This document shows positions 41,005 through 50,793 of a stretch of 64,000 nt of DNA, in pieces; the first letter of the stretch is position 1; every line of letters starts with the position of its first letter. Under the pieces are notes generated by a model, which made no database searches, was not told the DNA's origin, and was given only the letters and a program-made list of their open reading frames with translations. Origin of the DNA: an uncultured Flavobacteriaceae bacterium (GTDB taxonomy: Bacteria > Bacteroidota > Bacteroidia > Flavobacteriales > Flavobacteriaceae); contig CALLIG010000107.1 in the NCBI GenBank assembly GCA_938009735.1, positions 12,149-76,148 of the forward strand. The letters run 5' to 3'. The position numbers and the translations under genes are program-made.

Positions 41005-41457
41005 CTATTCGTTGTATATTTTTCTTTTTGTTTCTTCAAACTGATTGAGATACGCTACTTTATCTGTACCCTTACTGAAATTTGTGGCTAAAAGGTCTAA
41101 TGCCTTTTTAGTTTCTTGATATGCAAATTCAGTTGCAATACGCTCTTCCTCTGCTTTTACTCTATAGTCATTACCAAAATAGATGCCAAACATTAATAAA
41201 GTTACTGCCGCAACGGAAAGCCACTTATAATTGAACTTTCGTTTTGTTGTATTATCCGCAAGAGTTACGAGCGGCATTTCTTTAGTAAACTGCTCTTTCT
41301 TAGCTTCAGCAAAATATTGAAACATTGGTGCGTACTGTACTAAATGCTTAGCCACTTCTTCTTGTGAGAAATATGCTTTAAGCGTTTCTTCTTCAGCGAC
41401 AGTCGTTGTAGCCTCAAAATACTTTTCTAATAATTTTTCGATATTATCCAATGCCAT
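41005..41457 (-). CDS. Putative anti-sigma factor (single TM)
   Basis: IEKLLEKYFEATTTVAEEETL N-terminus; TM WLSVAAVTLLMFGIYF; overlaps the 3' end of the sigma gene. Confidence 0.75.
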   Translation of the reverse strand: MALDNIEKLLEKYFEATTTVAEEETLKAYFSQEEVAKHLVQYAPMFQYFAEAKKEQFTKEMPLVTLADNTTKRKFNYKWLSVAAVTLLMFGIYFGNDYRVKAEEERIATEFAYQETKKALDLLATNFSKGTDKVAYLNQFEETKRKIYNE

Positions 41458-41953
41458 AACTATGTTTTTGTACTAATTTTTCTCTTACTGTTTTTCTTGC
41501 CCTAGATAAAGCTACTCTAACTGCAGTTGGCTGCATGTTTAACATTTCACTTATCTCGTCGTTATTATATTCTTCAATATCACGCAACTGCAATACCATT
41601 TTTTGTTGCTCAGGTAGTTCTTCCATGATCTTTTCTACTAAGCTTACACTATCTTTTGCTTCTATCTGCGTTTGTAACTCGCTTCCCTTTTCTTGATAAT
41701 TACTATGAACCAATTTTAAATTACCTGCCTGCTTCGATTTTAATCGATCTAAACAAAAATTCTTAGTCATTGTCATCGCAAAAGCTTCTACATTCTTATA
41801 CTGCTCCATCGATTGCTTTTTCGACCATAACTTCATAAGAATCTCTTGGGTTGCATCTTCAGCCTCCTCTCTAGAGACAAGCAAACGTTTTGCTAGCCTA
41901 AAGAGCTTGTCTTTAAAAGGTAATACCACATTTAAAAATTCTGTCTGCTGCAT
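41444..41953 (-). CDS. ECF RNA polymerase sigma factor
   Basis: EAEDATQE, N.CLD, LPEQQKMVLQLR, AVRVALSRARK. Confidence 0.93.
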   Translation of the reverse strand: MQQTEFLNVVLPFKDKLFRLAKRLLVSREEAEDATQEILMKLWSKKQSMEQYKNVEAFAMTMTKNFCLDRLKSKQAGNLKLVHSNYQEKGSELQTQIEAKDSVSLVEKIMEELPEQQKMVLQLRDIEEYNNDEISEMLNMQPTAVRVALSRARKTVREKLVQKHSYGIG

Positions 41954-42000
41954 TAGTTGGTTGTTGATTGCAAGCTATTCTTATCCGTTTACATAAGGAA

Positions 42001-42026
42001 GACGAAGTATAACGAATTTTGTTACA
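42001..42026 (-). promoter_or_regulatory. ECF-type (probably autoregulatory) promoter of the sigma operon
   Basis: On the minus strand: TGTAAC-N16-CGTC, ending 47 nt upstream of the ATG. Confidence 0.7.
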
Positions 42027-42184
42027 ATTAGTTTCATATTAGTTCTAATGTCCCTATTTTAGGGGACTGCAAAAACCAAGTTGTCCCTATTTGAAAAAAT
42101 ATATTTCAAATTTAATTCAAATTCAAATTATGGTAGGGTTTTTGCAAAATGAGTTGTTAGCACATAGTATGAGCCATACTAATA

Positions 42185-42210
42185 TGTAATGTTTCATTCT
42201 AGTGCCGACT
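42185..42210 (+). promoter_or_regulatory. ECF-type promoter candidate for the S41 peptidase genes
   Basis: TGTAAT-N15-CGACT, 29 nt upstream of the ATG at 42240. Confidence 0.5.
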
Positions 42211-42239
42211 TAAAGTTAGAACCTTAAAAAAAAATAAAA

Positions 42240-43790
42240 ATGAAAAAGTACTTTGTATTGTTCCTCGCAATAGGACTTGTTTTAGTGAATTGTAAAAAGA
42301 ATGATGATGATGGTGTTACCCCAGTAGTTGCTACTGAAGATCCTGTAGAAGATCCTGTGGTAGAAGACCCGGTAGTAGAGACACTTGCTGACTACCCAGT
42401 TCAACTTTTTATGTGGCAAGCTATGAATGCCTACTATTTTTGGCAAAGTGATGTGCCAGATTTAGCAGATTCTAAATTAGATTTAGCGGAAGCTGATTTT
42501 GTAGATTTTTTGTCTGCTAAGGATAACCCCTCTGATTTTTTCTTTGACATATGTAACAATCACATTAATGTAGTTGGAGAAGCTGCTGCTGTAGACCGTT
42601 TTAGTTTTTTAAGCGAAGACTATAGAGATTTAGTTCAAGGATTCTCAGGAGTGTCGAAAAGTGATGGTGTAGAATTTGGTTTGTCTTTATATAGCGGAAA
42701 TAATATTTTTGGCTATGTACGTTATATTGTACCTGGTTCAGATGCAGATGGTAAAGACGTAAAAAGAGGAGATATCTTTACAGGTATTAATGGTACTAGT
42801 TTAAATCTTGATAATTACCAGGACTTGCTTTTTGGTGATATAGATACCTACATCATGAATTTTGCAACGATAGAGAACAATACTATTTCACCAAACGGAA
42901 GAGAATTATCTTTAACAAAACAAGAAGGTCTTAGTGAAAATCCAATCCTAATAAGTAAGGTTATCGAACGAGACGGTATTAAAATTGGTTATTTATTATA
43001 TAATTCTTTCATAGCTACTTATGATGAACAGTTAAATGACGCTTTTGGAGAATTCAAAACTGCTGGTGTTACTGAACTTATTTTAGATTTTAGATATAAT
43101 GGTGGTGGTCGTGTTTCATCAGCAATTCAAATTGCTAGTTCGGTTTATGGAACTAAGACCGATGAACTTTTCTTAAAAGCAAGATATAATGATAAAATTC
43201 AATCATCCTTTAATCCTGGTGATGGAGAAGATAACTTTTTTAGCACTACTTTAAACGATACACCAATTAATGCGCTTGATCTATCTAGAGTATATGTTAT
43301 AGCTACAGGTTCTTCTGCTTCTGCTAGCGAACTAGTAATGAATGGCTTAGAACCTTATGTCGATGTTGTTCATGTTGGCACTACAACAGTTGGCAAGAAT
43401 GAGTTCTCGGTAACATTTGTTGACGATCGTGATAATGGCTTTATTTATAATGCAGATCGTGAAGCGAACATAAACCCAGATAATCAATGGGCAATTCAAC
43501 CTCTTTTAGGGAGAAACGAAAATGCAGACGGCTTCTCTGATTACACAGGTGGTTTAATACCCGATCATGTGTTGCAAGAAGATATAACGAATTTGAATAA
43601 CCTGGGTGACCCTATTGAGCCACTATTAGCCTTAACCTTAAGTGTTATTTCTGGTAGTACTGGAAAAACGAACTTCGAGCCCATCTTTCCTGTTGATTTG
43701 ATTTCTAGTTCAGCGGTAATGAAAGTGACGAATAATACCATGTTAATGGATGGATTAATCAAACCATCAGTAACTAAGGACAAACAATAA
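42240..43790 (+). CDS. S41 family (tail-specific) peptidase lipoprotein with PDZ domain
   Basis: Lipobox LVNC+KKNDDD; DRFS, LDFRYNGGG, SASASE, TVGKN. Confidence 0.9.
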   Translation: MKKYFVLFLAIGLVLVNCKKNDDDGVTPVVATEDPVEDPVVEDPVVETLADYPVQLFMWQAMNAYYFWQSDVPDLADSKLDLAEADFVDFLSAKDNPSDFFFDICNNHINVVGEAAAVDRFSFLSEDYRDLVQGFSGVSKSDGVEFGLSLYSGNNIFGYVRYIVPGSDADGKDVKRGDIFTGINGTSLNLDNYQDLLFGDIDTYIMNFATIENNTISPNGRELSLTKQEGLSENPILISKVIERDGIKIGYLLYNSFIATYDEQLNDAFGEFKTAGVTELILDFRYNGGGRVSSAIQIASSVYGTKTDELFLKARYNDKIQSSFNPGDGEDNFFSTTLNDTPINALDLSRVYVIATGSSASASELVMNGLEPYVDVVHVGTTTVGKNEFSVTFVDDRDNGFIYNADREANINPDNQWAIQPLLGRNENADGFSDYTGGLIPDHVLQEDITNLNNLGDPIEPLLALTLSVISGSTGKTNFEPIFPVDLISSSAVMKVTNNTMLMDGLIKPSVTKDKQ

Positions 43791-43837
43791 ATAGACCCTT
43801 TTTAAAGTTAATTAATACATACTCTAAAAGAGCTCTA

Positions 43838-45325
43838 ATGAGAAAGACATTTAGTTTACTGCTACTTTTAATAATAGCATCATGTAGTAAAAATGATGAT
43901 AGTATAAAAGCGCCAGGAACGGTTAACCCTGACCCTAGTGCTGGAGTTGCTGTTCAAGATTTCATGTGGAAAGCAATGAATTTCTGGTATTTTTGGCAAG
44001 CCGACATGCCTAATCTAGCAGATGACAAGTTTGCAAATACTGACGAGGGATCAAAAGCATATACTGAATTTTTACTTTTAGAAGAAGATCCTGAAGATTT
44101 TTTCAATAATCAATTGCGATTTGCTGATGATAGGTTTAGCTTCTTATCTGATAACTATGTTGAGTTAACCAATCAACTATCAGGTATCTCAAAAAGTAAT
44201 GGGCTAGAATTTGGCTTAGTTCGCTTTTCTGATAGTGATGATATATTTGGCTATGTTCAATATATTATAACTGGTTCTGATGCTTCTAGTAAGGACATTC
44301 AAAGAGGTGAAATTTTCACGGGAGTTAATGGTCAAGCATTAAATCTTACAAATTATCGAGGCTTACTATTTGGTGATTCGGACACTTATACCTTAAACAT
44401 GGCAAGTTTTGTTGATGGAGAAATTACTCCTAATGATAAAGAAGTTATTTTGACCAAACAAGAAGGACTTGCTGAAAACCCGGTATTTTTAGATAAAATC
44501 TTTGAAATAAATGGTAAGAAAATCGGATATATAGTATATAACAGTTTCACCAATGAATATGATGAGCAATTGAATGAAGCTTTTGGGCGATTTAAATCAG
44601 GTGGAGTAACTGATTTAGTAGTTGATTTTAGATACAACCCAGGTGGTTCTGTTAGAACTTCCACGTTCATATCAAGTATGATATATGGCACTAACACCAA
44701 TGACGTGTTTTTAAAAGCTAGATATAATGATAAATATCAAAAACTTTTAGACGATAATAACTCTGAAACACGACGTTTTTTCGCAGATAAAACTGGAGCT
44801 GGAACAGCAATAAATACTTTAAACTTAAGCAAAGTCTATATCATAACAACGAACGGATCAGCATCAGCAAGTGAATTGGTAATTAACGGCTTAGCGCCTT
44901 ATCTAGATGTTGTTCAAATTGGTGAAACCACTCGAGGTAAAAACGAGTTTTCAGTCACCATGGTAGATGATCGTGAGAGTAATTTTGGACCATATGTCTA
45001 CAACGCTGAAAGAAAAAATCAAATCAAACAAGGCAATAATTGGGCTATACAGCCATTAATTGGAAGAAACGAAAACGCAGATGGCTTCTCTGATTATACA
45101 GCCGGATTAGTACCAGATATCGTTTTGGAAGAAGATTTAGAAAATTTGGGTGTTCTAGGTGATCAAAATGAGCCTTTATTAGCTAAAGCAATAGAACAAA
45201 TAACAGGAGCTACTGGCAAAAGAGATTTTACTGTTAAAACACCTGCTCGAATGATGACCAATTCAAAAATGTTCAAGCCATTGAAAGATAATATGTTCAT
45301 TACAGAATTACCTGCTATGAAATAA
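43838..45325 (+). CDS. S41 family peptidase lipoprotein (tandem paralog)
   Basis: Lipobox IASC+SKNDD; DRFS, DFRYNPGG, SASASE, TRGKN. Confidence 0.9.
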   Translation: MRKTFSLLLLLIIASCSKNDDSIKAPGTVNPDPSAGVAVQDFMWKAMNFWYFWQADMPNLADDKFANTDEGSKAYTEFLLLEEDPEDFFNNQLRFADDRFSFLSDNYVELTNQLSGISKSNGLEFGLVRFSDSDDIFGYVQYIITGSDASSKDIQRGEIFTGVNGQALNLTNYRGLLFGDSDTYTLNMASFVDGEITPNDKEVILTKQEGLAENPVFLDKIFEINGKKIGYIVYNSFTNEYDEQLNEAFGRFKSGGVTDLVVDFRYNPGGSVRTSTFISSMIYGTNTNDVFLKARYNDKYQKLLDDNNSETRRFFADKTGAGTAINTLNLSKVYIITTNGSASASELVINGLAPYLDVVQIGETTRGKNEFSVTMVDDRESNFGPYVYNAERKNQIKQGNNWAIQPLIGRNENADGFSDYTAGLVPDIVLEEDLENLGVLGDQNEPLLAKAIEQITGATGKRDFTVKTPARMMTNSKMFKPLKDNMFITELPAMK

Positions 45326-45339
45326 GATAGACAAAGTAT

Positions 45340-45378
45340 AATAAAAAAAGGCTTGGTTTTACCAAGCCTTTTTTTATT
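45340..45378. terminator. Bidirectional terminator
   Basis: AATAAAAAAAGGCTTGGT-TTT-ACCAAGCCTTTTTTTATT. Confidence 0.88.
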
Positions 45379-45395
45379 CTCAATTTTTACGAATA

Positions 45396-46451
45396 CTAGT
45401 TAAAGTATATCCCGCCAGGGATAATACCAACTGCAATAGTTTTGATCTCTGCTTTGGTATTTATATCATAAATGCTAAGGCTACCATCACTAGCAAAATC
45501 TTTAGCATCGGTGGTATATAATCTACCATCTTCTACAGTCATTGCGTAAGTACCTACTCCATCAAAAGCTTTCGCTGTAGGAAGTTCTGTTGCAGACGCA
45601 GACATACTGTAAACAGCTCCGTCTAAAGTATAGTATAGGTTTGTGCCATCATATCCTAAATGGTTTGGATGTTCAGTAGTTGTAAAGTCAAAGGTAGTTT
45701 CTACCTCGTTTGTTGTTGTATTAATCTTTGATAAAGAACCAGCTGTCTCTTCTCCTGTAAAAGAAGGCTTTCCTGCTGACAATACCCATAATGTATTAGA
45801 ACCGTCCAATTGAATTGCCTTTGGCACGTCACCCACGGTTATGGTTGTAGAAACCTCATTAGTACCAGAATCAATTACAGAAATTTTATTGTTCTGACCA
45901 AAACCACCCTGATGTGCTACATAAATAGTATTTGCACGGTTTATAATTTCTTCCGGACCGAAATCAACTGGTATTGTACCTTCAACTACATTTGTGGTTA
46001 AATTAATTATGGCAACATAATCATCGGTTTCATCAGCAGAGTCTCCCCAATTAGTGACATAACCCTTTCCATTTACTGAAATAAAATATCTCGGATTGTT
46101 TAACCCTGTCGAAATAACTGCTTCTTTTTTAAATGTAAATCGATCTACTACGGCAATTGTATTTGAATTATTAGCCACTATAAAAGCTTTATCATCAGTA
46201 AACCCAATCGATTGAACGATATTTCCTAAATCTTCAGTATTTACTTGATTGTAAATAGCACTTTCAACAGTCTCTAAATCGTTAGAAATAAAAGATACAG
46301 TTCCTGTTCCATTACTAAAAGGTCCTTCATTGGAAATTAAAATCCCGTCAACGTAATCTCCAGAAGGCAGTACTGGCGAATTATCATCATTTTCACAAGA
46401 TGTGATTACAAGCCCGATTGCAAGTATTGATACTACATGTTTAATGTTCAT
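45396..46451 (-). CDS. BtuG-like beta-propeller surface lipoprotein (cobalamin capture)
   Basis: Lipobox ITSC+ENDD; NEG.F, LGNIVQS, PRY, propeller repeats; directly downstream of btuB under a B12 riboswitch. Confidence 0.8.
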   Translation of the reverse strand: MNIKHVVSILAIGLVITSCENDDNSPVLPSGDYVDGILISNEGPFSNGTGTVSFISNDLETVESAIYNQVNTEDLGNIVQSIGFTDDKAFIVANNSNTIAVVDRFTFKKEAVISTGLNNPRYFISVNGKGYVTNWGDSADETDDYVAIINLTTNVVEGTIPVDFGPEEIINRANTIYVAHQGGFGQNNKISVIDSGTNEVSTTITVGDVPKAIQLDGSNTLWVLSAGKPSFTGEETAGSLSKINTTTNEVETTFDFTTTEHPNHLGYDGTNLYYTLDGAVYSMSASATELPTAKAFDGVGTYAMTVEDGRLYTTDAKDFASDGSLSIYDINTKAEIKTIAVGIIPGGIYFN

Positions 46452-46454
46452 TCT

Positions 46455-48293
46455 TTAAAATTTAAAATTAAGGTTAAGGTGAATATTTCTATTGGGCATT
46501 GGTCTAAATGCCACATTTTGATAATTCTCGTTTAAAATGTTATTTATCGCAATTTGGGTTTCTATTGCAATTCCCCATTTCTTTGGAAAACTGTAATTCA
46601 AACCTGCATTTAAGACGAAGTAATCCTGCAAGTTTTGATTGTTATCTGTAGTAGTAAAGACTTCTCCATTATAGAGTCCTTGAATAAAAGAGCTCCATTT
46701 TTTATAGCTATAAGCCAGATTAGAAGTGACTTTATGAAACGGTACATAAATCAATTGTTTCGTACTTTCATTATCTATTGCCTTGGTAAAAGCATAGCTG
46801 TTTTTCCACGTTAAGTAATGCTCTCCTATTTCTTTACGAATATCTGTTTCGAATTCAAGCCCGTATTGAGTGACATCTTTTATGTTTATCGGTGACCAAT
46901 TACCTGATATATCAGGTCGCCATTGAATTAAATCACTTGTAGCGATATAAAATGCATTTAAGGATAAGCTGTAATCTTTAGTTTTTATTGTTTGCCCAAT
47001 TTCAGTCTGTAAAGAGGTTTCCGGAAGCAATTCAAGGTTTCCTGCCGAGCCAGCTCCTTCCCAATACAAATCATTGAAAGTGGGAATTCGATAATTTTTT
47101 GAAGCGTTCAGGTAGACTGTATAGGTTTCGGTAATGTTGTATTTCATATCCATAGAAAAAACAAAAGGGCTCTCAAAATCACTCACCCAGTCTTTTCTTA
47201 CATCAATTCCATAACTAAAGGCATCAGAAGGCGTATGAGAAATTAATAGGATACCTGCCAAACGATTTCTGTCTTCATCACGAATGGATGACCCAGCTGC
47301 ATTTACATTGTTCGCTTCAACAACTCCATTGAATTTCCAATTTTTATGGCGATATAAATAATCATAGTTTAGTAAGACGCTTCCTGATTTTCCAAAACTA
47401 AATTCATCACGTTCCTTGTTGGCATAATATCGATAGCGCTCCGTTAAATAAGCCGCCTTTACGCGTTGTACTTTATTTGTTTTAAAATGGGTCCATTCTA
47501 GTAAAGAACGGGTGTTCAAATCTTGATAATTATCGTTCGAAGGCGCGGTTAATGTTCCTGAAAAATCACGATCACCGATAAATGTATTATGATAAAACTT
47601 AAGGAGATTAGCAGCCGAAAGCAAGGTTCCAAATGCTATATCAACATTCTGGTTTGCGAAAGCTCCATTCTCATTTCTTCGATTTGTATCTAAATATTTA
47701 TAATCGTTCGACGAACTTAAATGTCCTATACCAATATTTATCGAAGACTTTTCAGTTCCCCAACCAGCATTATAAAATAAACTACTGGTATCGAAACTAC
47801 CATACCCAAACTGTAACTGGTTTACCAATGGCTGATCAAACAAAAGGTTTTGATTCACATGAATACTTCCGCCAATGGCTCCCGTACCATACTGCGTACT
47901 TCCTCCCCCACTTCGAACCGTAATCTCATTCAGGTTTTGAGCCATTATCGTATTAAAATCGGTTTGCCCAGTAAGTTGCGAATTGATATTTATTCCATTC
48001 CAAACTACCGCTGTTTGCTGCGCAGAAGTGCCTCGAAAAGAAGCGGAAGAAACCATTCCATAGCCATTCTCTTTAAAATATATAGGCGTATTGAATTGTA
48101 AATTATTCGTTAACATGCCCTTATTGCGCTGCAATTCGGTATCATCTAACACCCTAACTTTTATACCGTCTGAAAACTGTTGTAGCTTACTATCAGATAG
48201 CACTACTTCTTGCAATACAATGACAGAGTCACGTTGCCCAAAAACAGAGTTCATCGCTAATAGCGTGAATAAATAATAGATTACATTCTTCAT
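46455..48293 (-). CDS. btuB: TonB-dependent cobalamin receptor
   Basis: SFRGTSAQQTAVVWNG, YGTGAIGG plug, RIPTFNDLYW, PMPNR, terminal F; cobalamin riboswitch upstream. Confidence 0.82.
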   Translation of the reverse strand: MKNVIYYLFTLLAMNSVFGQRDSVIVLQEVVLSDSKLQQFSDGIKVRVLDDTELQRNKGMLTNNLQFNTPIYFKENGYGMVSSASFRGTSAQQTAVVWNGININSQLTGQTDFNTIMAQNLNEITVRSGGGSTQYGTGAIGGSIHVNQNLLFDQPLVNQLQFGYGSFDTSSLFYNAGWGTEKSSINIGIGHLSSSNDYKYLDTNRRNENGAFANQNVDIAFGTLLSAANLLKFYHNTFIGDRDFSGTLTAPSNDNYQDLNTRSLLEWTHFKTNKVQRVKAAYLTERYRYYANKERDEFSFGKSGSVLLNYDYLYRHKNWKFNGVVEANNVNAAGSSIRDEDRNRLAGILLISHTPSDAFSYGIDVRKDWVSDFESPFVFSMDMKYNITETYTVYLNASKNYRIPTFNDLYWEGAGSAGNLELLPETSLQTEIGQTIKTKDYSLSLNAFYIATSDLIQWRPDISGNWSPINIKDVTQYGLEFETDIRKEIGEHYLTWKNSYAFTKAIDNESTKQLIYVPFHKVTSNLAYSYKKWSSFIQGLYNGEVFTTTDNNQNLQDYFVLNAGLNYSFPKKWGIAIETQIAINNILNENYQNVAFRPMPNRNIHLNLNFKF

Positions 48294-48342
48294 ACCACAA
48301 AAGACCTTTTACCCGAAAGTCTATCGATTTTGGTTCTGAATT

Positions 48343-48532
48343 TGGCAGGTCTCCTGACTTGTTTTAAGTTATTTTACCTTCCCGTCTTTCGATAGTGGTT
48401 TTGAAGAAAATAACCTCTCAATATTTGAGTGCCAAAATACTTGGCATAAACTTACAGTTGCGGGAACAGTTCTAGATTTTCACCAGATTCCCTTTTAATC
48501 TCATCACACATTAAATGCAACGAAAACCTAAA
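48343..48532 (-). ncRNA. Cobalamin (AdoCbl) riboswitch
   Basis: On the minus strand: AAGGGAA-TCTGGTGAAAATCTAGA-ACTGTTCCCGCAACTGT...CCACT...GGGAAGG...AAGTCAGGAGACCTGCC (B12 box). Confidence 0.93.
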
Positions 48533-48599
48533 TTCATGGCGAAAATAAACATTTTGTTTAATCTTTTACTGTAAAGATTAAATAATATACTTTTGAAAA

Positions 48600-49760
48600 A
48601 TGACAATAACATTTCGTATTCCTAAAGTTATATTTATTCTTTTTATCCTCTCAATAGTTTCATGTAAGAGCGAGAAGAAAGAAACGCTACCTGTAGAAAA
48701 GCCTTTAATACAAGCTGTCAACTATGCTAAAGGTTTTGCTATTGAAAAATTAGGTTCAGGTGTTACCATATTAAAAATCACATCACCATGGCCAAATGCA
48801 GAATCTGCATTCACCTATGCCTTGGTTCCAAAAGACAAGCAAGCTACAATCACCTTAAACAAAGATGCTTATGACGCTATTGTATCGGTTCCTGTAGAAC
48901 GGTTGGTTGTTACCTCTACAACACACATACCTGCTCTAGAGGCATTAAAGGTTTTAGATAAATTGGTTGGTTTTCCAGACACTAAATACGTTTCTTCAGA
49001 AAAAACCAGAAGGCGCATCGACTCAGGCTCAATTAAAGAACTTGGTAATAATGAATCAATTAATACTGAAATGCTCATCGAATTGAATCCTGAAGTAGTT
49101 GTTGGCTTTGGAATAAGCAATGAGAATAGCATTTACGAAACTATTAAACGTGCCAACATACCCGTTGTTTATAATGGCGATTGGACGGAAGAAACACCTC
49201 TTGGAAAAGCAGAATGGATTAAATTTTTTGCTCCGTTTTTTCAAAAGGAAGGGTTAGCTGATAGCATTTTTTCTAATATTCAAAGGTCTTATGACGAAGC
49301 AAAAGACTTAGCAAAAACTGCCAATACAAGACCAACAGTAATTTCTGGTGCTATGTACAAAGATGTATGGTATTTACCAGGAGGGAAAAGCTGGGCTGCT
49401 CAATTCCTTCAAGATGCTAATGCTCATTATTTATGGAAGAACACTTCAGAAACAGGAAGCCTTTCATTAAGTTGGGAAAAGGTTTTAGAAAAAGGGCAAC
49501 AAGCTGATTTTTGGATCGGACCAGCACAATTCATTGATTATCAAAATATGCAGGAAACTAGTGAACATTATGCCCAATTCGATGCTTTCAAAAACAAACA
49601 AGTCTTCACTTTTGCCAATACCAAAGGAGCAACAGGCGGATTATTATATTATGAGTTAGCACCGCAGCGACCAGACCTAGTACTAAAAGATCTTATTCAT
49701 ATTCTACATCCAGAATTACTGCCAAAGCATCAACCATTCTTTTTTAAACCTTTAAATTAA
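48600..49760 (+). CDS. ABC transporter substrate-binding lipoprotein (BtuF-like)
   Basis: Lipobox IVSC; YAKGF, E.TPLGKAEWIKF, RPDLVLKDL. Confidence 0.85.
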   Translation: MTITFRIPKVIFILFILSIVSCKSEKKETLPVEKPLIQAVNYAKGFAIEKLGSGVTILKITSPWPNAESAFTYALVPKDKQATITLNKDAYDAIVSVPVERLVVTSTTHIPALEALKVLDKLVGFPDTKYVSSEKTRRRIDSGSIKELGNNESINTEMLIELNPEVVVGFGISNENSIYETIKRANIPVVYNGDWTEETPLGKAEWIKFFAPFFQKEGLADSIFSNIQRSYDEAKDLAKTANTRPTVISGAMYKDVWYLPGGKSWAAQFLQDANAHYLWKNTSETGSLSLSWEKVLEKGQQADFWIGPAQFIDYQNMQETSEHYAQFDAFKNKQVFTFANTKGATGGLLYYELAPQRPDLVLKDLIHILHPELLPKHQPFFFKPLN

Positions 49761-49761
49761 T

Positions 49762-50793
49762 TTGGAAAGCACATCAAAATATCGAATTTCTTTTGTAATT
49801 CTATTGATAGCCCTAATGCTTACGGTCTTAGTGAATATTAGTTTAGGCTCTGTAGAGATTCCTTTTTTAGACACTTTAAATGCTATTTTTGATGGAACCA
49901 CTTCAAATACTTCTTGGGATTATATTATATGGGACTATCGCATACCTAAAGCTTTTACCGCAATACTTGTTGGAGCAGGCTTAGCTCTTAGCGGATTATT
50001 AATGCAAACCTTATTTAGAAATCCATTGGCTGGTCCTTTTGTTTTAGGTATAAGTTCGGGGGCAAGTTTAGGCGCGGCAATATTAATAATGGGTGCATCC
50101 CTTTTTTCTGGATTCTCAGCCTTTCAATTACTAAACAATGTTTCTTTAGCCATTGCTGCCAGTATAGGTAGTTTTGCCGTTCTACTTTTGGTAATGTCAG
50201 TAGCAGCAAAAGTAAAAGATACGATGGCCTTATTAATTATCGGGCTCATGTTCGGCAGTATTACTGCAGCCGTGGTTAGCGTCCTCTCCTATTTTACAAC
50301 TTCCGAAAAACTACAACAATTCATCTATTGGTCCTTTGGCAGCCTCGGTAATTTATCATGGTCACAATTAGGACTACTCTCTCTTATTGTTTGTATAGGA
50401 ATCATTTTAAGTGTTTTTGCTATTAAGGGATTAAATGGATTGTTACTGGGAGAAAACTATGCCAAAAGCCTTGGTGTTAATCTCAAAAAATTAAGATATT
50501 TAGTAATCATTGCAACCGGATTATTAGCAGGAAGCATTACAGCCTTTGCAGGGCCAATAGCTTTTATAGGTCTCGCAGTTCCGCATTTAACGCGACAAAT
50601 TTTTGATACTACTGATCATAAAATTCTGGTACCAGCAGTATTGATTTATGGGGCCATTATAATGTTACTTTGTGATATAGTAGCACAGCTTCCCAATTCT
50701 GCAAATGTGCTTCCAATAAATGCGGTTACCAGCATTATTGGTGCTCCCGTAGTGATTTGGTTGTTAGTTCGTAAAAAAAGAATGTTATTTTGA
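49762..50793 (+). CDS. FecCD/BtuC family ABC permease (TTG start)
   Basis: QTLFRNPLAGP, GENYAKSLG, GPIAFIGLAVPH. Confidence 0.9.
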   Translation: MESTSKYRISFVILLIALMLTVLVNISLGSVEIPFLDTLNAIFDGTTSNTSWDYIIWDYRIPKAFTAILVGAGLALSGLLMQTLFRNPLAGPFVLGISSGASLGAAILIMGASLFSGFSAFQLLNNVSLAIAASIGSFAVLLLVMSVAAKVKDTMALLIIGLMFGSITAAVVSVLSYFTTSEKLQQFIYWSFGSLGNLSWSQLGLLSLIVCIGIILSVFAIKGLNGLLLGENYAKSLGVNLKKLRYLVIIATGLLAGSITAFAGPIAFIGLAVPHLTRQIFDTTDHKILVPAVLIYGAIIMLLCDIVAQLPNSANVLPINAVTSIIGAPVVIWLLVRKKRMLF

